This document shows, one piece after another, positions 54,801 through 62,358 of a stretch of 64,000 nt of DNA. Under the pieces are notes generated by a model. That model was not told where the DNA came from, did no database searches, and saw only the letters and a list, made by a program, of their open reading frames with translations. Positions within the stretch are counted from its first letter, which is position 1, and each line of letters starts with the position of its first letter. The DNA comes from Candidatus Saccharimonadia bacterium (GTDB lineage Bacteria; Patescibacteriota; Saccharimonadia; UBA4664): assembly GCA_041743505.1 (NCBI GenBank), contig JBGTMQ010000021.1:64521-128520 (forward strand), in the 5' to 3' direction. The position numbers were made by a program, and so were the translations under genes.

Positions 54801-54998
54801 GCGAAGGTGCGTTGCGGCCTGACCGGCGACGGACATGACGGCGGCCAAGCCACCTACTAGACGCGGCCGCACTGTTGACATGGCACGGCTAGCCCATCGC
54901 TGGACATAGGCTACACCGCGCCTTACCAGCACTGACCTAGCGGTTGCGCTACGGCGTCGTGCGGCTTTGTTTGCTCCTCCTAGTTTCGACCGGGCCAT
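48828..54998 (-). CDS. Giant (2056 aa) signal-anchored surface protein: LamG/ConA-like, ~15-17 propeller-like tandem repeats, second LamG, multiple Fn3/Ig-like domains
   Basis: Basic cytoplasmic N-terminus then a TM. LamG_3-like blocks (W.HLAATYDG..MKLYIDG...SLDEVRISD). ~50-aa repeats (LYAGLGNTAGDAEVWRYNGTAWTQIGGDGLNSSW...). C-terminal Fn3-like modules. Confidence 0.8.
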   Translation of the reverse strand: MARSKLGGANKAARRRSATARSVLVRRGVAYVQRWASRAMSTVRPRLVGGLAAVMSVAGQAATHLRTAHHHLAARPHQHLRRQFDWYDRWHNHRHHHRVHYAALTAYIIGIFFVSGLHHAIFADSSHTWDFTTPSNFSIDSALEVSGTSVRHKAQNYTPDAATEALYHLDEAGGGSAADSSTNSNTGAVTGGTFGLGNLNNGLTLNGTSDQVSATDSASLSLDQDNTLEAWTKFAGTFSDTSHDHQQGVIDKGSYKLYYDQETGKVTYELANSAATNWTQQAGNDVKSSWDLNGKLSVNAQVAIGGNVYAALGNAVADAEVWKWDGSTWTQIGGDGKNSSWSDQTFENVLSLAANGNTLYAGLGSSAGDAEVWSCDTSTGCSSWTKIGGDGINSSWVVNTYEEVTSMVVMGSNLYAGIGSSANDAEVWRWNGSAWTKVGGDSLASGWTTNYEIVPSLATDGTNIYAGLGLTAGDAEVWRCGNCGTTPAWTKIGGDAVNSSWADVTYETVQSLRWLGSDLYAGIGLSTTDAEVWRYNGTAWTQIGGDGLNSSWNTNYEGVYALTDDGTNVYAGLGNTAGDNEVWRYNGTAWTQIGGDGLNSGFTNTHTIVQSLLYTGSTLYAGLTAAGNNAEIWTYNGTSWTRMGGGYVNKSWGFFNLQDVESMTVSGDYLYAGLGNTVAGNAQVWRFDGTSWALVGGQGINSSWAVNTFENVLSMTSYGGNLYVGLGTTAGDAEVWRYNGTAWTQIGGDSLNSGWAAGYEEVYSLATFGGNLYAGLGNTAGDAEVWRWNGTAWTKIGGDSLNSGWAAGFERVSSMTVFGGQLHVGLGASATDAEVWRWGGATWTKIGGDGLNSSWNTVYEQVESLQAYNGKLYAGLGNTTADAEIWEWNGTAWSQIGGDAIGGSWIDGQYEQAKGLSVYNGGLYAGLANTASDGEVWQYDNGAWTQIGGDAMNGSWAVNATETVRAMTTYRGKLYAGLGDSANVDAAIWSYGNNGFLQSATVGQNTSWHHLAATYDGGTMKLYIDGTLNASTSASLSLPNTSQPLLLGTTFGAAQAGVAQGYFAGSLDEVRISDSARSSFTTKPYSNAPLAVSPLSAVLGTGVASWSAFSDSSTLGGGSINYRLSTDNGTTWKYWSGSAWVVSADTTQTNSAAVINSNIATFPVVMGGGIKWQAIAQGDGTQRVTLDSVTVSGITDITPPETNATAAVMYKSAGGPTVASNDWTNGGSPYFSWTAGSDAGAGIYGYCLYLGQTAGSDPTSTKGILGNSPLATTGTPCQFIVPGDSVDLATSGYLASALTSSNNPYYLYVTAIDRAGNAVSSTSTNFQFRFDNTTPTNPAFITAPSNFIATKTATLTWQTSGSDAASDANSGVAGLQYRIGASSPWYGDNHFGTQDATDLLANDGSYTTQNTPDFANLIEGNNTIYFRTWDLAGNVSPVYVTTALKINTSSPSSPQNLAAIPTTNTTNSFSFNWVAPASFAGQAANLTYCYTVNATPTVSNCTFTAAGVTNITAGPYATQPGDNTFYVVAKDEAGNINYATAASVIFTANTSAPGMPLNPDVVDASIKSTANWRLALTWEPPTNPGAGVATYRVFRSTDNVNFSVVATTSATSLVDSGLSQITYYYKIKACDSANNCGVASNSVSKLPTGRFTSPAGLLNQVAVQNVTTRRATISWVTNRASDSRIALGTSSGNYSSDEVANSNQVTAHTINLTNLSPGTLYFAKAKWIDEDGNLGSSDEFSFTTAPAPLIKEVTNPSVGLTSTSIHFTSKDATSTKIYFGKTDSFGGVQILNTSTAESSYTAQLTNLDDGTKYFYKINTFDADGNEYNSSIFTFTTPARPRISDLRFQPVAGAPTNTQLVSWTTNVPATSGLQYGPRGQKQLEVSESKLTTDHQITISDLVDNSEYILTASSRDGSGNLAVSDQQVFRTALDTRPPKVSRVTIESSIKGTGSDARGQMVVSWKTDEPAASQVAFNQGSSGDSYSTKTAEDQNYTYDHVVIISDLPTSTVFHLKAISRDRAGNEGSSTDQSTIIGRGTESVLSIIFNALSNIFGFLK
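51950..54150 (-). repeat. Nucleotide-level tandem repeats (~150-156 bp units) encoding the propeller-like blades
   Basis: Recurring near-identical strings, e.g. gtcgccgccgatttgggtccaagccgtgccgttgtagcgccagacttc at ~53211 and ~53361. Confidence 0.6.
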
Positions 54999-55221
54999 TG
55001 TTGTCTCACAATTTCTTATTGTATTTTAGCATAAGAATCATGAAATTGTACCGTTGCATTGGGCAAAACTCCAGTCTGTTTATTTGGTCCGAGGCTCACA
55101 TTAATCGCTATTGCCTAGACGAGAGTTCCTGATCTGCGTTTGTACTTTTTACGTTTATGTGTTATAATATAATCATCCACTACGGAGCACCCCTAACCCT
55201 TTCCTTGAGGAGCGTGACCCC

Positions 55222-55806
55222 TTGTGGCGTTGGCTCAACCGGTTACTCGCCGGCAGCGAAGAGACCCGAGTAAGGAGCCGCTATTACCTGGCGCCCGATG
55301 CTGATCTGGACCCGGAGCTGATCGACAAGCTTGAAGGCCATGTGCGCTGGGTAGCCAGCTGGCTGAATAGCCCGGCCAGGAATGCCGCCATTGAGTCGTT
55401 CCAGGTTCGCCCCAGCGAAGACGGCAATAGCCGCGTTATTGGCTTATGCTGGACGCAGGACACAGCATTGGGTCCAGAGCCGAGACAAATCTGGATAGAA
55501 TCAGCTCTCAACTTAACGGACGAGGCAGCGACTTTGATCCACGAGCTTTGCCACGCGTTCTGCTTATCGGGTGAAAGCCATGGACGGCGGTTTCGCCGGA
55601 TGTACATAGTGGCATGGTCGCTCTACTTCCGGGCCAATGACTTCACGGTTAAGTACCAGATATCGAGTCATTTGCGCCGGTATCAGGCGGGCGGCTTCTG
55701 GGCCAGGCGACGTGAGAACAGAGAGCTGTTGAACCTGGTGAGGGAGACCCGAAAGGCCGCTGCCAAAGCCCAGGGCTCAGCCTCCGCATCGAGGCGGGCG
55801 GCCTGA
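55222..55806 (+). CDS. SprT-like zinc metallopeptidase domain protein
   Basis: LIHELCHAF (HExxH) followed by GESHGRRFRRM, typical of the SprT-like family. Confidence 0.45.
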   Translation: MWRWLNRLLAGSEETRVRSRYYLAPDADLDPELIDKLEGHVRWVASWLNSPARNAAIESFQVRPSEDGNSRVIGLCWTQDTALGPEPRQIWIESALNLTDEAATLIHELCHAFCLSGESHGRRFRRMYIVAWSLYFRANDFTVKYQISSHLRRYQAGGFWARRRENRELLNLVRETRKAAAKAQGSASASRRAA

Positions 55807-55932
55807 TTTTCTGTGAGGTTACCAATCCATGGGACCGGCTAATTATAGTCGGTCCCATTTTTTGGTTATAAAAGCTAAGCCCGGGTTGGCATGTAGTTGC
55901 CGCACCGGGCTGAGGATAGAAGCCGGGACATA

Positions 55933-56376
55933 TTATGAGGGGTGCGAGAGCTGATCGATGTCCCCGGTGGCTATTTTTAGGTGGTGCACCCAACCTGAGG
56001 GAGTATGGAAGCCCCAGTTCCGCAAGCGCCCAGTCGTGATGAATAATGTCCAGACATACGGGGTGAGGAGCGTAAGGCGATGAGGGCTGGTGGCTAGTCG
56101 AATCCGGATACTGCCGGCCCGGTGCACTTTGATGCCGGCTGGGCGCTCCTCACGATATGCTCCCCAGAGCATGAGCGAGAACCAATGCCAGGGATGATCG
56201 TGCAGATATGGATCCGTGTCGCTTCTCAGAATCTTATGTAGCTTGACGCTAAACCAAGGCGTGCGGAACAGCGTTATGCGGTAAAGGTGAGGCACCAGTT
56301 GACCCCTGAAATCTGGCTGCTTGACGAGCTTGCGCTCCATAAAAGCCCATTTGTCACCTGGACGTCGCCGGCTCAT
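55933..56376 (-). CDS. Hypothetical protein with conserved HDHPW motif
   Basis: 147 aa. LHDHPWHWFSLMLWGAYRE block. Confidence 0.4.
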   Translation of the reverse strand: MSRRRPGDKWAFMERKLVKQPDFRGQLVPHLYRITLFRTPWFSVKLHKILRSDTDPYLHDHPWHWFSLMLWGAYREERPAGIKVHRAGSIRIRLATSPHRLTLLTPYVWTLFITTGRLRNWGFHTPSGWVHHLKIATGDIDQLSHPS

Positions 56377-56479
56377 ACTTACTCCTACCAGTAGATGCTA
56401 CCCGGTTTCGGGCTATATCAAATTATAACAATACCCGCCGACCACAAGTAATTCTTGCGGCGGGCGGGCGGGGGCGGAC

Positions 56480-56935
56480 TTATTTCGTGATCCCAATCAA
56501 CGCCATACCCCACTCGCAGTAGCTATCTGGCGTAGTGAGTAGATTGGTGGCGTAGGCCCTAAAAATCTGGTCCGCCGTGGCATGCAACCCGGGATACCAG
56601 ATCATGGCAAAGATAAGCGGGTTCCAGCGTGGTTGATCGTGTTGGGTGTGTGGGCAATGACACGGCGCTGCCGACAAGACATAGGGCTCAACGCTGCCGT
56701 CTGGGTGTATATCCGAGCCGGCGAACATGAAGAAAACCGGCCGTGGACAGACGAGGCGGAGGGTGGCACCTTTGGCATAAACCGTCAGGTCGATCACCGT
56801 CAAAGGGTCTGATACTAAAAGGGCGGTGATTTTGAGGCCGTCATCGCCGATGTTGGCGAGGTCTTCGGAGGTCACTCGATGGGCTTGCGGGTCGATACTC
56901 AGCAACTCTGCATCGAAGGGATGTTGAGCGCTCAT
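56480..56935 (-). CDS. Hypothetical protein (151 aa)
   Basis: ORF with a reasonable codon-bias match. No family assigned. Confidence 0.35.
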   Translation of the reverse strand: MSAQHPFDAELLSIDPQAHRVTSEDLANIGDDGLKITALLVSDPLTVIDLTVYAKGATLRLVCPRPVFFMFAGSDIHPDGSVEPYVLSAAPCHCPHTQHDQPRWNPLIFAMIWYPGLHATADQIFRAYATNLLTTPDSYCEWGMALIGITK

Positions 56936-56942
56936 TGGGCAC

Positions 56943-57518
56943 CTATATTCCAGGGACGTTTTTGACCACTACCTTATTGGCAAGTTGCCCGACGTACAGT
57001 GAGCTCTCGGTGTGATGCTGCTGTCCGTGAATGCCGCGGCATTGGCTTTCTTCGTGCTGGAGCCGAAGCATACAGGTATCGACTTCAGGGTTGTCGACGC
57101 CGAGCGGAATCCATCGCATCAAGCACCAGGGACCACTGGTTGGCGCCCAGTCAGGTAGCTGGGGTCGTTTATTATCCCACTGCTTGTGTTGCTCTGGCGT
57201 CCAGGCCGGAGTAGCAGCGATGAACAAGCGCATATTACCTTCCCAGTAATACTGTTCGTTTGGCTCAATCAGTACCAGGTCACCTGAGTCTAGATGGTGC
57301 CCGGCGTCCCCGATGACCAGTCGGCCGCTTCCCCCCAGCACAAAGGCCATCTCGGTGCAGGCCTGGTTATAGACCACTCCGTCGGCCGGGTAGCGGCCAT
57401 AGATTTGGGCAACTGCTCCATTGACGAGGTCATAGTCCATTGGATATTCATGGACAACGCAACTGTCACTGTTGGCATGCTCGATTGTCTCGGTGATGCG
57501 CACTAATCTCATTGTCAA
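56943..57518 (-). CDS. Cupin-domain protein
   Basis: G..LVIGD..H.L..GDLVLIEPNE cupin motif pattern. Confidence 0.55.
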   Translation of the reverse strand: MTMRLVRITETIEHANSDSCVVHEYPMDYDLVNGAVAQIYGRYPADGVVYNQACTEMAFVLGGSGRLVIGDAGHHLDSGDLVLIEPNEQYYWEGNMRLFIAATPAWTPEQHKQWDNKRPQLPDWAPTSGPWCLMRWIPLGVDNPEVDTCMLRLQHEESQCRGIHGQQHHTESSLYVGQLANKVVVKNVPGI

Positions 57519-57670
57519 TCCCGTCTGGAAGGGGCTGGTTCGTCAACCTGCGATTATTTTGCAAGCGTTACTTCATAGAAGCAACCATAACTAAAAAGAG
57601 AGGGCAACAGCCGGCAGCTATTTGGCCCATCCTAAAACTTTAAAAATTGATTAAAATCTTGGGGTGAGCC

Positions 57671-57697
57671 CACCCGCGCCGGATGGCGGGGTGGGAG
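57671..57697 (-). terminator. Hairpin CCCACCCCGC-catccggc-GCGGGTGGG 3' of gene 57737..58078
   Basis: GC-rich stem followed by a T-rich tract on the minus strand. Confidence 0.45.
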
Positions 57698-57736
57698 TTT
57701 GGTGAGCCTGGAAGGCGTGAGGCAGAGACGGGGGCT

Positions 57737-58078
57737 TTAACTGCCGGACGAGTCCTTGACTTGCCGACTCAGGGCGGCCCGGAATTCTTCCTGAGTGCAG
57801 ATCCCGTACCGAACCATGCCCACTTCCTGGTTCCACCAGCCGTCAATTTTGTACTCGAAGACATAGGCTAGCGCCTGGCGGAAGAGATCCTCCTGCTCCT
57901 TAGCAAACCCAGGATAGACACCTGACTTGACCACTGGGTAGCCGGCTTGCCGAAGAGCGGCCTCGATGCAGCCCATCTGCCCAAGGTCGCCAGTGAAGGT
58001 GAAGTAGGCGCGGTCGTCGTGGGTATTGGTTAGAGCCGTAACAGCGCCGGGGGCAACAGTGAAGCTTAACTCGGTCAT
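57737..58078 (-). CDS. Hypothetical protein (113 aa)
   Basis: No family assigned. Confidence 0.4.
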   Translation of the reverse strand: MTELSFTVAPGAVTALTNTHDDRAYFTFTGDLGQMGCIEAALRQAGYPVVKSGVYPGFAKEQEDLFRQALAYVFEYKIDGWWNQEVGMVRYGICTQEEFRAALSRQVKDSSGS

Positions 58079-58197
58079 GTCGTACTCCCTGATTGAGATT
58101 AAACTCGGGCAGCTTGGGTCGGGTTTATGACTCAGTGTTAGGTATTAAATACCGTTTCTTTTAATACCATATATTATCTGTTTGGGCAATACCGGAC

Positions 58198-58566
58198 TTA
58201 GTCGCCGAAGTCGAACATGTCTCCGAGGAAACCTTCGCGCTTGCGTTTTTTGGGGTGTTCGCCATAGCGGTCGCCGGAGTATTGGTCACCACGACGGTCG
58301 CCGTGATCGCTATCGCGGCGGGTATCCCGGTAGTCATCGTGGCGGTCGTTGCTGAGGTCGTGATCATAGGGCTGCGGCTGCGGAGCTTGGCGATCTTGAT
58401 GGCCGGTTTCGTAGGAGGCGGCGCGGTCGATGACTTTGTCGAGTTCGCCGCGGTCAAGCCAGACACCGCGGCACTTGGGGCAATAATCGATTTCGATGCC
58501 TTGGCGGTCGGCTATTACGAGCGGCGTGTTATCTACTGGACATACCATGCGGGTTCTCCTGAACAT
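58198..58566 (-). CDS. Zinc-ribbon (zf-TFIIB-like) protein with D/H/R-rich C-terminal tail
   Basis: CPVDNTPL...IDYCPKCRGVWLDRGELDKV zinc ribbon. Low-complexity RD/DH tail. Confidence 0.5.
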   Translation of the reverse strand: MFRRTRMVCPVDNTPLVIADRQGIEIDYCPKCRGVWLDRGELDKVIDRAASYETGHQDRQAPQPQPYDHDLSNDRHDDYRDTRRDSDHGDRRGDQYSGDRYGEHPKKRKREGFLGDMFDFGD

Positions 58567-58607
58567 TACTTCATTAGTTTATCAGCAATGGCTGAAATTA
58601 AGCTGGA

Positions 58608-60119
58608 TTATAGACCTGAAAAGTAATCGGTTTTGATGCGGCTGTGTTTGATGCCGAGTTGGCGGAGCATGGTGCGGTAGGATTCGACCATGACGTTGGG
58701 GCCGGAGAGGAAGAACATGACTTCCTGATAATGAGGTACTTGGTTTTTGATAATGTCAGCCGTGAGAAAACCTGTCTCCCCTGTCCAGTCTTTGGGTACT
58801 TCGCGGGCCGTGAGGAGATAGTGGGTGGTTAGGCCGATGGTTTTGGCCTCGTCCAACAAGGGCCGGTAGACGAAGTCGCTGGGATTATTGGCAGAGTAAA
58901 ACATGGTTATGTCGCGGTGTTGATTGGTGTCGAGGAGGTGCTTGATCATGCTGCGGAAGGGGGTGATGCCGATGCCACCGGCGATGAACACGAGCTTTTG
59001 GTTGGGTTCGGCGGGCAAAATGAAGTTGCCGGCGAGTTGTCCGGCCATGACGGTATGGCCGGGTTTGAGGTCGTGCAGGGCGGTTTTGAAGCTGCTGGAC
59101 GGGGTGTAGAACCGGGTGGTCAGGTGTAATTCTGGTTCGGTCGGCGATGAGGAGATGGAAAAGGTGCGGCGGTTACCGCGGATATCGGTGCGGCCGTGCG
59201 GGACCAACACATCCATGTATTGGCCGGGCTGAAACTGAGCCGGGCGGTCCTTGGTGAAGCGGAATTCGGTGATGTCGGGTGAGAGCTGGACTTGTTCTTT
59301 GAGCTTTAGGCGCAGACGGTACTTGGGGCTCATGAAGTAGGCAAAGACGTTACCAATGAGGAGCGCAACTTCGGGAGTGCTATAGATGGGGCCGATGTGG
59401 ACTTGGGAGCCAAATATGACACCAACGAGCGCGCCATAGATGAGGATGTCGCGGTTGCGGGGCGGCATGGTGGCGGGTTCGGTTAGCATAATGGTGCCAA
59501 GGAAGATGAGCGGCCAGGATAGGTAGGCCGTGGCTAAAACGTCGGTGACGGAGCGGTCTGCGGCCACCAGGAGCATCGTGGCCAGCGTGGCCAGTACAAA
59601 GGCGGTGACGAGCTGAAAACGGCGGACTTTGCGGGCTACCAATAGACCCAGCGCGATGACGAACGGCAAGAGGATGGGCGTGGCAACCCACCAGGTGGCG
59701 GCGTAGAGCCCGGTGAGGCCGACCGCGGCGGCGCCGAAAGCGGCCGGATTGAAGATGTGCTTGCGGCCTGTAGCCAGGAGGTACTTGGAGGCCATGGCAA
59801 TGAGGCCGGCGAGCGCGATCATGGCCAGGTCACGGACATTGGCGGGCGGCGCCAGGAGGAAGAATAAAATGATTGCAGTAATGGAAGCCGACTCAGCGCC
59901 GGTGGGAGCGTCGAATAGGGTGCTAAATAACCAGTTGGCGGCGTAGCAGACCAAAAACAGCGTAACAAGCGAAACCAAAAGCGCAGGGCCGGATAGGCTG
60001 AGCGCGCCCATGAAGGCAAATATGATGGCGACGGCAGCTAGCGCCATGAGGCCGTACAGCATCAAGCGGTACATAGTGATGCCGTTCAGGAACCGATCAA
60101 TTTGCCGAATCACTACCAT
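58608..60119 (-). CDS. Membrane oxidoreductase: N-terminal NqrB/RnfD-like domain fused to C-terminal FNR-like FAD/NAD(P)-binding domain
   Basis: HIFNPAA and IMLTEPATMP (RnfD/NqrB FMATDPVT-like) in the TM domain. RTFSIS (RxYS-like FAD motif) and GGIGITP NAD(P) motif in the C-terminal domain. Confidence 0.55.
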   Translation of the reverse strand: MVVIRQIDRFLNGITMYRLMLYGLMALAAVAIIFAFMGALSLSGPALLVSLVTLFLVCYAANWLFSTLFDAPTGAESASITAIILFFLLAPPANVRDLAMIALAGLIAMASKYLLATGRKHIFNPAAFGAAAVGLTGLYAATWWVATPILLPFVIALGLLVARKVRRFQLVTAFVLATLATMLLVAADRSVTDVLATAYLSWPLIFLGTIMLTEPATMPPRNRDILIYGALVGVIFGSQVHIGPIYSTPEVALLIGNVFAYFMSPKYRLRLKLKEQVQLSPDITEFRFTKDRPAQFQPGQYMDVLVPHGRTDIRGNRRTFSISSSPTEPELHLTTRFYTPSSSFKTALHDLKPGHTVMAGQLAGNFILPAEPNQKLVFIAGGIGITPFRSMIKHLLDTNQHRDITMFYSANNPSDFVYRPLLDEAKTIGLTTHYLLTAREVPKDWTGETGFLTADIIKNQVPHYQEVMFFLSGPNVMVESYRTMLRQLGIKHSRIKTDYFSGL

Positions 60120-60134
60120 ATAGTCACCTCTTGG

Positions 60135-61022
60135 TTATGTGGCTGAAAAAAACGTGGCGGGGAATCCCGGCGACTGCTGCAGTGAGCCGCCGCTATGTAC
60201 GAGTGCAGACTCAAACTTATAATACCCGTCTAAGACGGACTGATCCACAAAAAACAACGCTGTAGCGAGGGCATCAGCTATGAGGGCGGTGGGGGCGGTG
60301 ACCCAAACCGCCTGGAGGTGGCGGGGAGAGGTGAGGGTGTGGGGATTTAGGATATGGTGGTAGTCGCCCCAGGCGCGGCGGTTGCCGGCCGAGGCACAGA
60401 GGCTGGTGTTGGACAGTTCGGCTACGCCGATGACTTGGGTTGGGTCGGCCGGGTGCTCGAGGCCGACCCGAAGTGGCGGGCCGTCCAGGCGACGGTAGCG
60501 CATGTCACCGCCGGCGTCGACGCAGTAGGACGTGAGGCCGTGATCTTCGAGCAGTTCGCTGACGAGGTCGACCAGGTAACCTTTGCCGGCGGCGCCGAGG
60601 TCGAGCAAGGCGGGTTGGTGGAGGGTGAGATGCGGGAAGTCGTAGGTTAGGGTTTCGTCCCAGGCCGGCGGGGACGTGAGCGGTTTGGGCGTGAGCGAGT
60701 AGGCTGCGTCGTAGCCGGCGTCGGACAGGGTCTGGCCGATGAGCGGCGTGACGGCCCCGTTGGTGATGCGGTACAAATCTTGATAGATGTCGAATAGGGG
60801 CTGAGCGTCAGCCGGTAATTCGTAGCGGCCGGCCTGGTGGGACAGGCGCGTGATGAGCGAATCGGGGCGGAACCGCGAATAGGCCAGGTCGAATTGTTCG
60901 ACGCGGGCGGCTATAGCGTGCTTGATTTTGGCGGACATGGGGGCTCGGGATACGGGCTCATAGACCTCCACGGACCAGGCGGTGCCGATGGCTTCGAACC
61001 GTAACTCCAAAGCCGCCCCCAA
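60135..61022 (-). CDS. apbE: FAD:protein FMN transferase (ApbE/Ftp family)
   Basis: GAAGKGYLVD and HILNPHTLTSP blocks typical of ApbE. Confidence 0.75.
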   Translation of the reverse strand: MGAALELRFEAIGTAWSVEVYEPVSRAPMSAKIKHAIAARVEQFDLAYSRFRPDSLITRLSHQAGRYELPADAQPLFDIYQDLYRITNGAVTPLIGQTLSDAGYDAAYSLTPKPLTSPPAWDETLTYDFPHLTLHQPALLDLGAAGKGYLVDLVSELLEDHGLTSYCVDAGGDMRYRRLDGPPLRVGLEHPADPTQVIGVAELSNTSLCASAGNRRAWGDYHHILNPHTLTSPRHLQAVWVTAPTALIADALATALFFVDQSVLDGYYKFESALVHSGGSLQQSPGFPATFFSAT

Positions 61023-61027
61023 GTGCT

Positions 61028-61525
61028 TTAGCCTTTGGCTTTGGACTTAATTTGCTCCAGGGCCGAGTTAAAGCCTTTGGAGGTCAGAGATGAGCCGGAC
61101 ACCCTTGAGATACTGACGTCATCAATGCTCTTGCCAAGAATTTGGGCTTTGTAGCCATTAATAAATTGACCCTGGTAATTGCGGCCGGTCGGATTGGCGG
61201 ATCCAGAAACCGCTGTAGTGTCGGCGACGGCGCCGTCTTTGATGGTGACCGAAATATCGATTGATTCGCGTCCGCCCGGTGATTGGTATGTGCCGGTGGC
61301 GGAGTATGTACCATCTTTATAACCCGACGAGGGATTGGACGAGTTGGATGTCGGGGACGGCGTGACGCTAGCTGAAATACTTGGCGTAGGTGAGCTGGTA
61401 GCCTGGTTGGAGGTATCAGTTTTCTGGCTCGACATCATAACGCCAATGGCGATGGCCGCCACTATGACCAGCAAACCGACAATGGCGATAATCTTCTTGT
61501 TATTATCCTGTGGTTGTTCGTTCAT
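61028..61525 (-). CDS. Membrane-anchored FMN-binding domain protein (NqrC/RnfG/PplA-like flavinylation substrate)
   Basis: N-terminal TM, S/T-rich linker, FMN_bind-like C-terminus with a flavinylation-type motif (SRVSGSSLTS). Confidence 0.55.
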   Translation of the reverse strand: MNEQPQDNNKKIIAIVGLLVIVAAIAIGVMMSSQKTDTSNQATSSPTPSISASVTPSPTSNSSNPSSGYKDGTYSATGTYQSPGGRESIDISVTIKDGAVADTTAVSGSANPTGRNYQGQFINGYKAQILGKSIDDVSISRVSGSSLTSKGFNSALEQIKSKAKG

Positions 61526-61650
61526 GCACCCTCCTATCAGCGAGTATTCTCGTTGTTAGCACAATTTTATTAATGTATCCTGAGAGTGAGCTGTAATCTG
61601 GGTTTGATTACACCATATATGACTGTACAAGCTATGTTTGTGGTTTTGGA

Positions 61651-62358
61651 TTAATGCCGACCCGTGAATACCCGTTCCAGCGTCCCGTCTGCCACTAGTC
61701 TATGCGGGTCGCCGTGGGCGACTACCCGGCCTTTGTCCAGAATATAGCCGCGGTCGGCGATTTCGAGAAGAGATTTTAAATTGTGCTCTACTACCATGAC
61801 GGCGGTACCCTGTTGTTGGTTGATGTCTTTGACAAAAGCAAACACCTCTTTGACAACCTTGGGAGCCAGACCTAATGACGGCTCGTCGAGGAGGAGGACC
61901 TTGGGGTTGGTCATGAGACCGCGGGCGATGGCGAGCATCTGCTGCTGTCCACCCGATAACGTACCGGAGCGTTCCCGGCGCTTGGTGGCGAGCACCGGGA
62001 ACATCTCAAATAGCTCTTTGATCCGCTGCCGCCGCTGTTGAGGGCTATCAATGATGAAGCCGCCGATTTCCAGATTCTCCTCTACAGTGAGGTCTGTAAA
62101 GACCCGGCGGCCTTGGGGTACAAAGGCGATACCACGGCGCACTACCTCGTGCGACACCGGTGTAAATTCCCGGCCTTCCCACAACACCTGGCCAGATGAT
62201 ACTTTGGCTAAGCCAAAAATGGCCTTTAGGACAGTTGATTTGCCCGCCCCATTGGGCCCCATGAGGGCGACAATTTCGCCCTTGCTTAGCTCCACATCCA
62301 CTTTGTCTAGAGCCGTTACGCCGCCGTACTGGACTGATAATTTCTTGGTCTCAAGCAC
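61651..62358 (-). CDS. livF: Branched-chain amino acid ABC transporter ATP-binding protein (LivF-type)
   Basis: Walker A GPNGAGKST, signature LSGGQQQML, Walker B LLLDEPSLGL. Confidence 0.8.
   Translation of the reverse strand: MLETKKLSVQYGGVTALDKVDVELSKGEIVALMGPNGAGKSTVLKAIFGLAKVSSGQVLWEGREFTPVSHEVVRRGIAFVPQGRRVFTDLTVEENLEIGGFIIDSPQQRRQRIKELFEMFPVLATKRRERSGTLSGGQQQMLAIARGLMTNPKVLLLDEPSLGLAPKVVKEVFAFVKDINQQQGTAVMVVEHNLKSLLEIADRGYILDKGRVVAHGDPHRLVADGTLERVFTGRH

Noticed and set aside
49224-54860. Numerous + strand ORFs (e.g. 49224..50075, 50139..50567, 52161..52448) within the giant gene
   Set aside because: These are Gly/Ala/Val-rich antisense frames of the repeat-rich minus-strand gene. They are artefacts of GC skew and repeats.
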